Assembly (NCBI GenBank): GCA_038060895.1
Contig: JBBTCT010000022.1
Location: 224,001 to 288,000 of the forward strand
DNA from: Planctomycetota bacterium
GTDB taxonomy: Bacteria > Planctomycetota > MHYJ01 > WSZJ01
DNA length: 64,000 nt
Direction of reading: 5' to 3'
Shown: piece by piece, positions 56,309-64,000 of the stretch
Layout of the letters: the number at the start of each line of letters is the position of its first letter
Position numbering within the stretch: position 1 is the first letter of the stretch
Position numbers and translations under genes: made by a program
The notes under the pieces: generated by a model
Databases searched by the model: none
What the model saw: only the letters and a program-made list of their open reading frames with translations
Told to the model about the DNA's origin: nothing

Positions 56309-59300
56309 ATGAGCGGCGATTCGTCCCTGCAGAACCGCGCCCTTGCCGAGCTGGCCCGCGCCCGCGGGTGGGTGGAGGACGCGGCGCTCGACCGGGCGGT
56401 CTCGGAAGCGGCAGGCGCCGATCTTGGAAACCGGCTGCGGGACGCCGGGCTGATTTCGCAGGGGCAGCTCGAATCGCTTCGCGCCGCCCTCGGCGTGCCT
56501 CTTCAGCCGGGCTCTGATGCGACGGTGGTCCCGGGCGCGGTCGTCGGCGAGGCGTCTGCGGCAGACACCCAGGTCGGGCCTTACCGGATCCTGCGCGAAC
56601 TCGGCCGCGGTGGCATGGGGGTCGTCTACCGCGCGCTCGACCCGAAGCTCGGGCGCGAAGTCGCGCTCAAGGTGCTTCTCGGTGGCGGCATCGCTCCCGA
56701 GGACCAGGTCGAGCGCTTCCGCCGCGAAGCCGCCCTCCTCGCGCGGCTCGGCCGCCATCCGCATCTCGTCGCGGTGCACGACGCGGGGCGCGACGGGGAT
56801 TCGCTGTACTTCACGATGGACCTCGTCGCCGGGAGGTCGCTGCAAAAGCGCCTCGATGACGAAGGCGCTCTTCCTCCCCTCGAAGCCGCGCGCATCGCCG
56901 CGGAGGCCGCTTCGGCCCTGGCGTTCGTGCATGCTGCGGGGGCGGTGCACCGCGACGTGAAGCCCGCGAACGTCCTGCTCGACGCGGAAGGCCGCGCGTA
57001 TCTCACGGATTTCGGGCTGGCGCGGGCGGGGGATTCCGGGCTGACGCTGACGGGGGACGTCTTCGGGACGCCCGCGTTCATGCCGCCGGAACAGGCGGCG
57101 GGGATGGGGAAGTCCGCGACCGCCGCGGCGGACGTCTATTCGTTGGGCGCGACGCTGTACCAGGCGATGACCGGCGCGGCGCCTTTCGCGGGCGAAAGCG
57201 CGGCCGAGATTCTGCGGCAGGTCGTGAGCGAAGAGCCGCAGGCGCCGCGCTCGGTGCGCGCGGCGATCCCCGTCGATCTCGAAGTCATCTGCCTGAAGGC
57301 GATGCGCAAGGAACCTCACCGCCGGTACGGATCGGCTGCGGACATGGAAGCGGACCTGCGGCATTTCATCGCGGGAGAGTCGATCCAGGCGCGCCCGGCC
57401 GGCGCGGCCGAGAGGGCGGCGGGCTGGGCGCGCCGCCATCGCGGCCCCGTCGCGGCGGGAGCGGTGGCGCTTCTGCTCATCGCCGCAGCAGGCGGCGCCG
57501 CCGGCTGGAAGGCGATCACCCAGGCGCGCTCGGACCGCTCGCGGCAGGAAAACGAATCGCGGGCGCGCGCGGAAGCGGCGCCGCTTCTGGCCGAAGGAAG
57601 TTCCCTGATCCGGCAGTCCGACGAGGCCTGGAGGGCGGGCGATCCCTCCCTCCGCGCCGCGATCGCCGCGCGCGCGATCGCGCCGCTTCGCCGCGCCGCC
57701 GGCCTTCTCCCCGGAGACGGCGACATCGCCTGCGAACTCGGCCGCGCGCTCCGGAGGTCCGGGCATCGCGGTGAAGCGCTGGCCGCGCTCGAGCGCGCGC
57801 AGCGGCTGAGCCCCCGGAACTCGCTGGCGTGGTACGAACACGGGGCGACGCTGATGGACCAGCTCGAAGACCAGCGCGGGCGGATCCTGCGCACGGTCAT
57901 TCCCCGCGGAACCTTCAGCATGGAGCAGGACAGCAAAGTTCGCCCCGTCATGGAAGTGTCGCTGGATGAGACGGCCTCGCCCGCCGCGGAGTCGCTGAAA
58001 GCCCGCGCGGCCCAGGATTTCCGCGCGCTGGTCGATCTCGAGCCGGCCGGCGAACGCTCGGCCTACGGGCGGGGGATCCTGCACTTCTTCGAGAAGCGAT
58101 ACGAGGACGGGCTCCGCGAGCTCGACGCCGCGCTGGCCGAGAATCCGTATTTCTTCGAAGCGCGCGAGGCCCGTGCGCAGCTGCTCGACCTCTGGACGAA
58201 GGACCCGCTTCGCGCCCTCGAAGACCGCCGCACGCTCGCAGCGCAGCTTCCGCTCAACCTGCTCGCGCGCCTCGGATACGCCATGTCGCTGGCGGCGGTG
58301 GGGCGCAAGGAGGAAGCGCTCGCCGCGGCCCGCGGCATCGCCGCCGGGTGGCCGGACGACCTCGTCAGTCAGTTCAACGCGGGCGTGATCTGCCTCGCGT
58401 GCGACGACCGCGACAGCGCGAGCCGCTGCGCCGTCCGCGTGCTCGAGCTGGCGGACACGCAGGAAGAGCTGGAGGCCGGCGTCGAGCTCTCGGTCAATTC
58501 CTGCCTTCTCGTGCACGACGTCGCGGCCGCCGACGAAGCCCTGGAGCGCTTCGCGTCGCGCATCGACCCCGATTTCGCCCACCTCTTGCGCGCCATGGTC
58601 CGCCGCGAACAGGGGCGCCACGCCGAGGCCTCCCGCGAACTCCGGGCGATTTCACCGGATGACCCCTACTACCTCATCTGCTCCGACATGCGCGGCTGGG
58701 TCGAGTGGACCTGCGGCAACCTCGACCTCGCCGACAAGGCCTCCTTCGACGGCGCCCGGCGCTTCAGCGAAGGCGGCAGCTTCTGGGTCCGCGGCCTCAT
58801 CCTCATGGACCTCGGCCGCTACCCCGAGGCCGTCGAAAACCTCGACGCAGCCTGCCGCATCACGCCGGACTTCAACGCCTACATCATTCACCTCTCCGGC
58901 GCCCGCTTCCTCAATCGCGACCTCCCCGGCGCTGTCGAAGCGCTGGCGCAGGCGATCGCGACGACGCCCATGCCCGAGTCGGCGCGCAAGACCGCCGACA
59001 GTTACGTCGCCAACCTCCGCAAGCAGGCGGAAGCGGCAAAAACGCCCGCGCAGGAGGGCGCGCTCGTGCAGGGCGTCGCGGGTGCGCTGGCCTTTCTGGG
59101 GGCGCAGGTCGAGGCCCGCTCGGCGACCCGGCAGGCGATCGACATCGGCCTCGCCGGCCTCTGGTACCTGCTCCAGCAATTCTACTTCGACCGAGGGATG
59201 CACAAGGAATCGTCGACGGCCGGCGAAGCGCACCTGAGGATCCAGCGCAACGGGGCGGTCTTGTACAAGCTGGCGCGCTCAAAAGCTTCCGAGGGGAAGA

Positions 59301-59437
59301 CAAAGTCGGCGCTGAAGGCGCTCGCGGAGGCGTTCGAGAAAGGCTTCGACGACGGAAAGCGGCTGGACTCGGAAAAGGCGTTTGACGGAGTGAGGGAGTC
59401 GGGGGATTTCATTGAGCTTCGGAAGCGGTGCCGGTGA
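56309..59437 (+). CDS. Ser/Thr protein kinase with TM and TPR repeats
   Basis: LGRGGMGVVY, VALK, HRDVKPAN, DFGLA, GTPAFMPPEQ; multiple TPRs. Confidence 0.93.
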   Translation: MSGDSSLQNRALAELARARGWVEDAALDRAVSEAAGADLGNRLRDAGLISQGQLESLRAALGVPLQPGSDATVVPGAVVGEASAADTQVGPYRILRELGRGGMGVVYRALDPKLGREVALKVLLGGGIAPEDQVERFRREAALLARLGRHPHLVAVHDAGRDGDSLYFTMDLVAGRSLQKRLDDEGALPPLEAARIAAEAASALAFVHAAGAVHRDVKPANVLLDAEGRAYLTDFGLARAGDSGLTLTGDVFGTPAFMPPEQAAGMGKSATAAADVYSLGATLYQAMTGAAPFAGESAAEILRQVVSEEPQAPRSVRAAIPVDLEVICLKAMRKEPHRRYGSAADMEADLRHFIAGESIQARPAGAAERAAGWARRHRGPVAAGAVALLLIAAAGGAAGWKAITQARSDRSRQENESRARAEAAPLLAEGSSLIRQSDEAWRAGDPSLRAAIAARAIAPLRRAAGLLPGDGDIACELGRALRRSGHRGEALAALERAQRLSPRNSLAWYEHGATLMDQLEDQRGRILRTVIPRGTFSMEQDSKVRPVMEVSLDETASPAAESLKARAAQDFRALVDLEPAGERSAYGRGILHFFEKRYEDGLRELDAALAENPYFFEAREARAQLLDLWTKDPLRALEDRRTLAAQLPLNLLARLGYAMSLAAVGRKEEALAAARGIAAGWPDDLVSQFNAGVICLACDDRDSASRCAVRVLELADTQEELEAGVELSVNSCLLVHDVAAADEALERFASRIDPDFAHLLRAMVRREQGRHAEASRELRAISPDDPYYLICSDMRGWVEWTCGNLDLADKASFDGARRFSEGGSFWVRGLILMDLGRYPEAVENLDAACRITPDFNAYIIHLSGARFLNRDLPGAVEALAQAIATTPMPESARKTADSYVANLRKQAEAAKTPAQEGALVQGVAGALAFLGAQVEARSATRQAIDIGLAGLWYLLQQFYFDRGMHKESSTAGEAHLRIQRNGAVLYKLARSKASEGKTKSALKALAEAFEKGFDDGKRLDSEKAFDGVRESGDFIELRKRCR

Positions 59438-59452
59438 TCCGACGCACGACCA

Positions 59453-60058
59453 TCAACAATTCTCGTACTTCCAGTTCCGCGACTTTCCTTTCGTCAGCCA
59501 CTCCAGCGTCGTCGCGAGGCGGCGCTGGCGCGTCGCCTCCTGTTTCGCTTCCGTGATCCACTCGATGTACTCGCGCCGGTGGCTCGGCGGAAAGGCCTCG
59601 AACGTCGCGCGCGCCTTCGCGTTTTTCTTGAGCGCCGCGGCGAGATCCGCCGGCACCTTCGCCTCAGGCTTCTTCGTGCGTGGCCGCGACATCGGCGACT
59701 TCGCACCGGAGAGGTTCAGCTCGACGGCCTGCCGCACGTAGTCCGCGATCACTCCGTCCGGCGGAAGCTGCGACACGTCCGTGTACCGAGACCCCATCAT
59801 CCCGTCGTGCCTGCCGAGAATCCCCGCCGGGTCCTTCATCTGCTTCTCGCGCCAGAACCCGAACGTCGCGTGCGCCTTGAACGCCGCCATCCCGCAGACC
59901 ATTCCGTACTTCTCGAAGCTCGGCACACCCCACTTGATTTTCTCCTCGATCCCGGGGCACCCCGTGCGCACCGCCGCGCGGACGCGCTTCAGGATCGGCT
60001 GCGCGAACGGCGCGGCCTTCGCGATGTACGCATCGACTTTCTTCGAGTCGTCGGGCAT
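59453..60058 (-). CDS. YdeI/OmpD-associated (DUF1801) family protein
   Basis: VDAYI..EEKIKWG.P..AAFKAH; SHRREYIEWITEAK..TR.RR..G.SRNWKY. Confidence 0.9.
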   Translation of the reverse strand: MPDDSKKVDAYIAKAAPFAQPILKRVRAAVRTGCPGIEEKIKWGVPSFEKYGMVCGMAAFKAHATFGFWREKQMKDPAGILGRHDGMMGSRYTDVSQLPPDGVIADYVRQAVELNLSGAKSPMSRPRTKKPEAKVPADLAAALKKNAKARATFEAFPPSHRREYIEWITEAKQEATRQRRLATTLEWLTKGKSRNWKYENC

Positions 60059-60145
60059 GGCGGGACCTCTTGCAGGAGAAGCGCCGATGTTGCGGAAGGC
60101 CGCCCGGCGAGTCAAGCCGCGCGCACCGCGTATAATGCGCACCCC

Positions 60146-60607
60146 TTGCGACTCTTCCTCGCCACCGGCTGCGGCCTCGGCCGATTCCCCTTCGGCGGAT
60201 CGATCGCGTCGCTTGCCTCCTGCTTCTTCGCCGTCGTCGTCGCCGAATCGACGTTCCCTGACCGGCTCGAGTGGGCGGTGCTCGCCGTCCTTGCGTCGCT
60301 CGTGTGCCTTGCGACAGCCGGAGAAGCGGAGCGGGTGCTCGGGAGGAAGGACCCGCTGGAAGTCGTCGCCGACGAATTCGCGGGGATGTGGCTGGCGTTT
60401 GCAATCGCGCCGCCGGGGCGGAATCTCGCACTGGTCTTCGTGGTGTTCGGACTATTCCGACTCTTCGACGGCGTAAAGCCGTTCGGGCTGAAGAAGCTCC
60501 AGGCGGCACCGGGCGCAGTGGGGATCCTGATTGACGACCTGGTGGCAGGTGCCATAGCAGGAGCCGGCACCCTCGGCCTGTCCGCCGCGTTACCGGGAGT
60601 CCTTTAG
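60146..60607 (+). CDS. pgpA: Phosphatidylglycerophosphatase A
   Basis: ATGCGLG..P, KDP.EVVADE..G, LFRLFD..KP, GILIDDLVAG; TATAAT at 60131; TTG start inferred. Confidence 0.88.
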   Translation: MRLFLATGCGLGRFPFGGSIASLASCFFAVVVAESTFPDRLEWAVLAVLASLVCLATAGEAERVLGRKDPLEVVADEFAGMWLAFAIAPPGRNLALVFVVFGLFRLFDGVKPFGLKKLQAAPGAVGILIDDLVAGAIAGAGTLGLSAALPGVL

Positions 60608-60618
60608 CCGACCGCGGG

Positions 60619-61203
60619 CTACTTCGTGCCTGCCGGGGCCATCCAGGCACTTGGGTCGCCGTCGAGGAGGTCATCGGCGAGCGAGCCGGTCGGACTGTCG
60701 TACGTAAAGACGTCCACGCGGCCCTGGAAGAAGAGGACGTTGAGATCGTCCCCGTTGCCGTGATTCGGCTCGCCCGTCGCAGGATTGTCGTCGTCGCAGG
60801 CGATCGGCAGGTCCGGGGGCGCGCCGTCGTTGATGCCCGCGGTCGTCCACGTGTAGGTCACGCCGCCTTCAGGCGTGTAGGCGCCCGCGTCCACGATCGC
60901 GGCGTAGTGCGTCCCCGTGCCGCCCTTGCCGACTACGGCGCAGCGGAACAGATTGCCGTCGGTCGCCAGGTCGGGGCGCCAGAGCAACCCGAACCACGTC
61001 AGGGCGCCCGGCGTCGGGTAGGCCTTGAACTTTCCCTCGTACAGGGCGAAGTACACGCCGATCTGCTTGAGCGAGTTCTTGCAGTCCGTCTTGCGGCTCG
61101 ATTTGCGCGCCGCGGCCAGGGCAGGGAGGAGGAGCGCCGCCAGGATGCCGATGATGGCGATGACGACGAGCAGTTCGATGAGAGTGAAGCCTTTGCGTCG
61201 CAT
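60619..61203 (-). CDS. Prepilin-type N-terminal cleavage/methylation protein (DUF1559-like)
   Basis: [32 protein letters not shown]; H-X-N.LF..GRV. Confidence 0.9.
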   Translation of the reverse strand: MRRKGFTLIELLVVIAIIGILAALLLPALAAARKSSRKTDCKNSLKQIGVYFALYEGKFKAYPTPGALTWFGLLWRPDLATDGNLFRCAVVGKGGTGTHYAAIVDAGAYTPEGGVTYTWTTAGINDGAPPDLPIACDDDNPATGEPNHGNGDDLNVLFFQGRVDVFTYDSPTGSLADDLLDGDPSAWMAPAGTK

Positions 61204-61408
61204 CAGACGTCTCCTGCTCCAAGAATAGCGTTTGTTCCCCACAAAGAGATGCCGGCATTCGTGAGGGGCTTTCACGGGGAAGCGGAATTCGTCCATCGGG
61301 GGAGGAGGGGCTATCGAATAGCCGCCACGACCTAACTTCCGGCTTACTTCAGCTCCGTCTGCGCGCTCTTTCCCCCACCCGTCCCGCTATCATGCATCTC
61401 CGACACCC

Positions 61409-62062
61409 GTGCCCACCTTCCCCAGCACCATCTGGCACGACCTCGACCGCGCCCGCAACGGCGAGGCCGCCGCGTGGACCGCCGTCGTCACCCGCTATCG
61501 CCCGGCGATTCACTCCTTTCTTCGAAGCGCCGGCAGATCGGAGGCCGACGCGGATGACATCGCGCAGGATGTCTTCCTCCAGATGGTCCGCAGCAGCCTC
61601 CTCGACGGCGCGCACCCCAGGCGCGGCAAGTTCCGGAGCCTCGTCCTCGCCGTGACGACCAACGTCATGCGCCACAAGCTCCGCGACGACCGCGCGGAAA
61701 AACGCGGCGGCGGCAGGAAGCCCGTCCCGCTCGAAGGGCAGGACGTCCCGGCGCCCGAGGAAGAAGAGCGCTTCGACCGCGAATGGGTCAAGCGCATGGT
61801 CGCCTCGGCGCTCGAAGAGCTGGCCCGGACACGGCCGCTCTATCACGAAGCGCTCCGGCTCTCCCTCGAGGACCGGACGCAGGCGCAGATCGCGCAGACG
61901 CTGGGAAAGTCGTCCGCCCAGGTGAACAACCACATCCATCGCGCGAAGAAGTGGGTCCGGCGGCGGTTGCGCGCGCTGGTGAGGGAGTCGTGCGCGGACG
62001 CGGTGACGTACCGGGAGGAGCTCGCCTACCTCGGGAAGTACCTGGACCTGGAGGGGGAATAG
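61409..62062 (+). CDS. ECF sigma-70 factor
   Basis: FPST.W, DADDIAQDVF, RGKFRS, EKRGGG, FDREW and region 4 HTH. Confidence 0.88.
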   Translation: MPTFPSTIWHDLDRARNGEAAAWTAVVTRYRPAIHSFLRSAGRSEADADDIAQDVFLQMVRSSLLDGAHPRRGKFRSLVLAVTTNVMRHKLRDDRAEKRGGGRKPVPLEGQDVPAPEEEERFDREWVKRMVASALEELARTRPLYHEALRLSLEDRTQAQIAQTLGKSSAQVNNHIHRAKKWVRRRLRALVRESCADAVTYREELAYLGKYLDLEGE

Positions 62063-62064
62063 CC

Positions 62065-64000
62065 CTATTTCGCAGCTTCCACCGACCGCACCAGCCTGAA
62101 CCCGATGTCGCTGTCCACTTCTCTCTCCGGATCCCCATCCACGAACGTCGTCCGAAACTCGACCCAGTCCATGTCGCGCGACCCGCCGCCCCGCACCCCG
62201 CGCAGCCTCACCGACTTGTCCTGCCAGTTCGAGCACCACTCCTTCACATTCCCCGCCAGGTCCATGATCCCGTACGGGCACTCGTCCGCGGGATTCGACC
62301 CGACGGGAAGCGCCCCGAGTTCCACCGTCGGTCGCGACCGCCCGCCGTTCGTCCAGATCCAGTCGAACGTCGGTCCCCACGGAAACGCACGCCCGTCCGC
62401 GCCGCGGGCGATCGCTTCGCGCTCCCGCGTCGTCGGAAGCCGCCACGGGAGCCCGTCCCGCTGCGCCCGCCACGCGCAATACTTCCGCGCGTCCCAGTAC
62501 GACACTTTCACCATCGGCAGACGCAGACCTCCGTCCGGGTAACCCGGCTCCGCCGGCATCAGCCGCCCGTCCCGCATCTCCCAGCCGTCCGGCGGCGCCC
62601 GCTTCCGCAATTCCTCCGGGTCCCCCGCTGCCGCAAGCGCCGCGAGATACTCCGCGTACTCCGCACGCGTAACCTCGTACTTCCCGGCCACCAGGTCCCC
62701 CATCTCGCGAACCCGCCGCCTCTCGTCCGGACCCACGACGAATTTTCCGGCAGGCACGTGCACGAAGTCCGCACCGATCTCCGCTTCCGTCAGCAGCCGT
62801 ACCGTCGCGGCCACCTGCGGATACTTGCGCGTGATCGCGAACGGGAAGCGCGTGTCCCGGCGGCCCGGGAGCCGGAGGATCGCCAGGTACGAACCCGCCG
62901 GCAGCTTTTCCGGCGGCGCTTTCATCGGGCGCAGCACGAGTCGTGGATCCTCTCCCTGCTCGTACCGGAAGTACTCAACGGCAGCGCCCGGCGGGTCCGA
63001 GGTGATCACCACCGAGCCGCTCGCGCGGTCGCACTCTTCCGACCTCGGCTTGTCGTAGAGCTTCAGCAGACCTTTCGCTTCCGCCATCTTGAGTGCATCC
63101 CCGGCCCACTCCGCGCGCTTGAAAGCTCTCCAGTAATAGCCGGACAGGAATTCCCGGGGCGGCGCGTAGTCCGGGTCGGCCTGTACGGCGGACGAATAGA
63201 AGTGGACCACCTTTGTGCGTTCCTCGGAGAGTTCGCGCTCGAGCGTGGCGATCCGGGTTTCCATTCTCCAGAGCTCGTCGTGCTTGCCGGAGGGCGCGGT
63301 GGTGTCGAGCGAAGCGAACAGCGCGTCGCGTTCGACCTGAAGTGCCTTGAGCGAGGCGCCAATCTCCTTCACACGCGCGCGTGCCGCCTTTCCCTGCTCG
63401 GTGTTGCGCTCCGCGTTGTACCGCTTTGCTTCCCGACGCTTGAGCGCCAGCAGGTTCGAGTTCCGGTCGCTCTTCTCGAGATTCCAGAGCTGGCTGGCCA
63501 GCCACACGGCCTGCTCCGTGTCGCGTTCCGCCAGGACCTCCGCGTGTTTCGCTTCGACGTCGCTCCGGTGGCGGGCGGCATCGACGGCGAGCTTCACGCC
63601 GAGTCCTGCGAGTGCGAGCACCAGGGCGGCTCCCGCCGTCGCGGCCGCGACATGACGGCGCACCCAGAGTTCCGCCTTGCGCGCCGGCGAAGGCGGGCGC
63701 GCGAGCACGCGGCCTCCGTCGAGATGTCTGCGGAGGTCGTCGGCAAAGGAAGCGGCATCCGGGTATCGGCGCGCAGGATCTTTTTCGAGGGCGCGCAGGG
63801 CGACGAGCTCGAGGTCGCGCGGGACGCCGGGATTCAGCGCGTTCGGGGGAAGCGGATCTTCATACGCGACCCGCCGGATCACGTCGGCCGCGTTATCCCC
63901 CTGGTGCGGGGCGCGGCCGGTGAGGATGTGGTACAGGATCGCGCCGAGCGCGTAGACGTCGGTGCGGACCGAAAGGAGCCCCGACTGCCCGAGCGCCTGC
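62065..64000 (-). CDS. Ser/Thr kinase - TM - PEGA-like - FGE-sulfatase protein (5'-partial)
   Basis: RTDVYALGAILY kinase C-lobe; DPARRY; ARGADGRAFPWG, PYGIMDLAGNVKEW, IGFRLV. Confidence 0.9.
   Translation of the reverse strand, partial: QALGQSGLLSVRTDVYALGAILYHILTGRAPHQGDNAADVIRRVAYEDPLPPNALNPGVPRDLELVALRALEKDPARRYPDAASFADDLRRHLDGGRVLARPPSPARKAELWVRRHVAAATAGAALVLALAGLGVKLAVDAARHRSDVEAKHAEVLAERDTEQAVWLASQLWNLEKSDRNSNLLALKRREAKRYNAERNTEQGKAARARVKEIGASLKALQVERDALFASLDTTAPSGKHDELWRMETRIATLERELSEERTKVVHFYSSAVQADPDYAPPREFLSGYYWRAFKRAEWAGDALKMAEAKGLLKLYDKPRSEECDRASGSVVITSDPPGAAVEYFRYEQGEDPRLVLRPMKAPPEKLPAGSYLAILRLPGRRDTRFPFAITRKYPQVAATVRLLTEAEIGADFVHVPAGKFVVGPDERRRVREMGDLVAGKYEVTRAEYAEYLAALAAAGDPEELRKRAPPDGWEMRDGRLMPAEPGYPDGGLRLPMVKVSYWDARKYCAWRAQRDGLPWRLPTTREREAIARGADGRAFPWGPTFDWIWTNGGRSRPTVELGALPVGSNPADECPYGIMDLAGNVKEWCSNWQDKSVRLRGVRGGGSRDMDWVEFRTTFVDGDPEREVDSDIGFRLVRSVEAAK

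Overview
High-GC (roughly 65-70% by eye) bacterial DNA, most consistent with a Planctomycetota genome. The evidence is eukaryote-like Ser/Thr kinases fused to TPR and FGE-sulfatase domains, an ECF sigma factor, a DUF1559-style prepilin, secretin-like proteins, and HEAT and HPD-less J-domain proteins. The window is mostly accessory and housekeeping genes: ppk2, a DEAD-box helicase, prolyl oligopeptidase, pgpA, an LTA synthase-like gene, a QueA-like/SDR pair, a GrpE/Hsp70/J-like trio and three TA loci. The standout is a 2136-bp IS1595-family element (48727-50862) with perfect 21-bp inverted repeats and a 7-bp target duplication. It carries two long-variable-arm tRNA genes whose bodies do not match their anticodons: a Ser-type body with CCA (Trp) and a Leu-type body with UGG (Pro). 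The two anticodon loops are mutually complementary, and the pair is bracketed by a candidate antisense promoter and terminator. Other notable items are a lower-GC island with a GAFTGA-less enhancer-binding protein, a consensus sigma54 promoter and phage-structural-like genes; an Xis-like HTH fused to a degenerate GspE/PilB ATPase with 10-bp periodic upstream repeats; and several genes reduced by internal deletions. All calls come from motif reading only; no searches were run.
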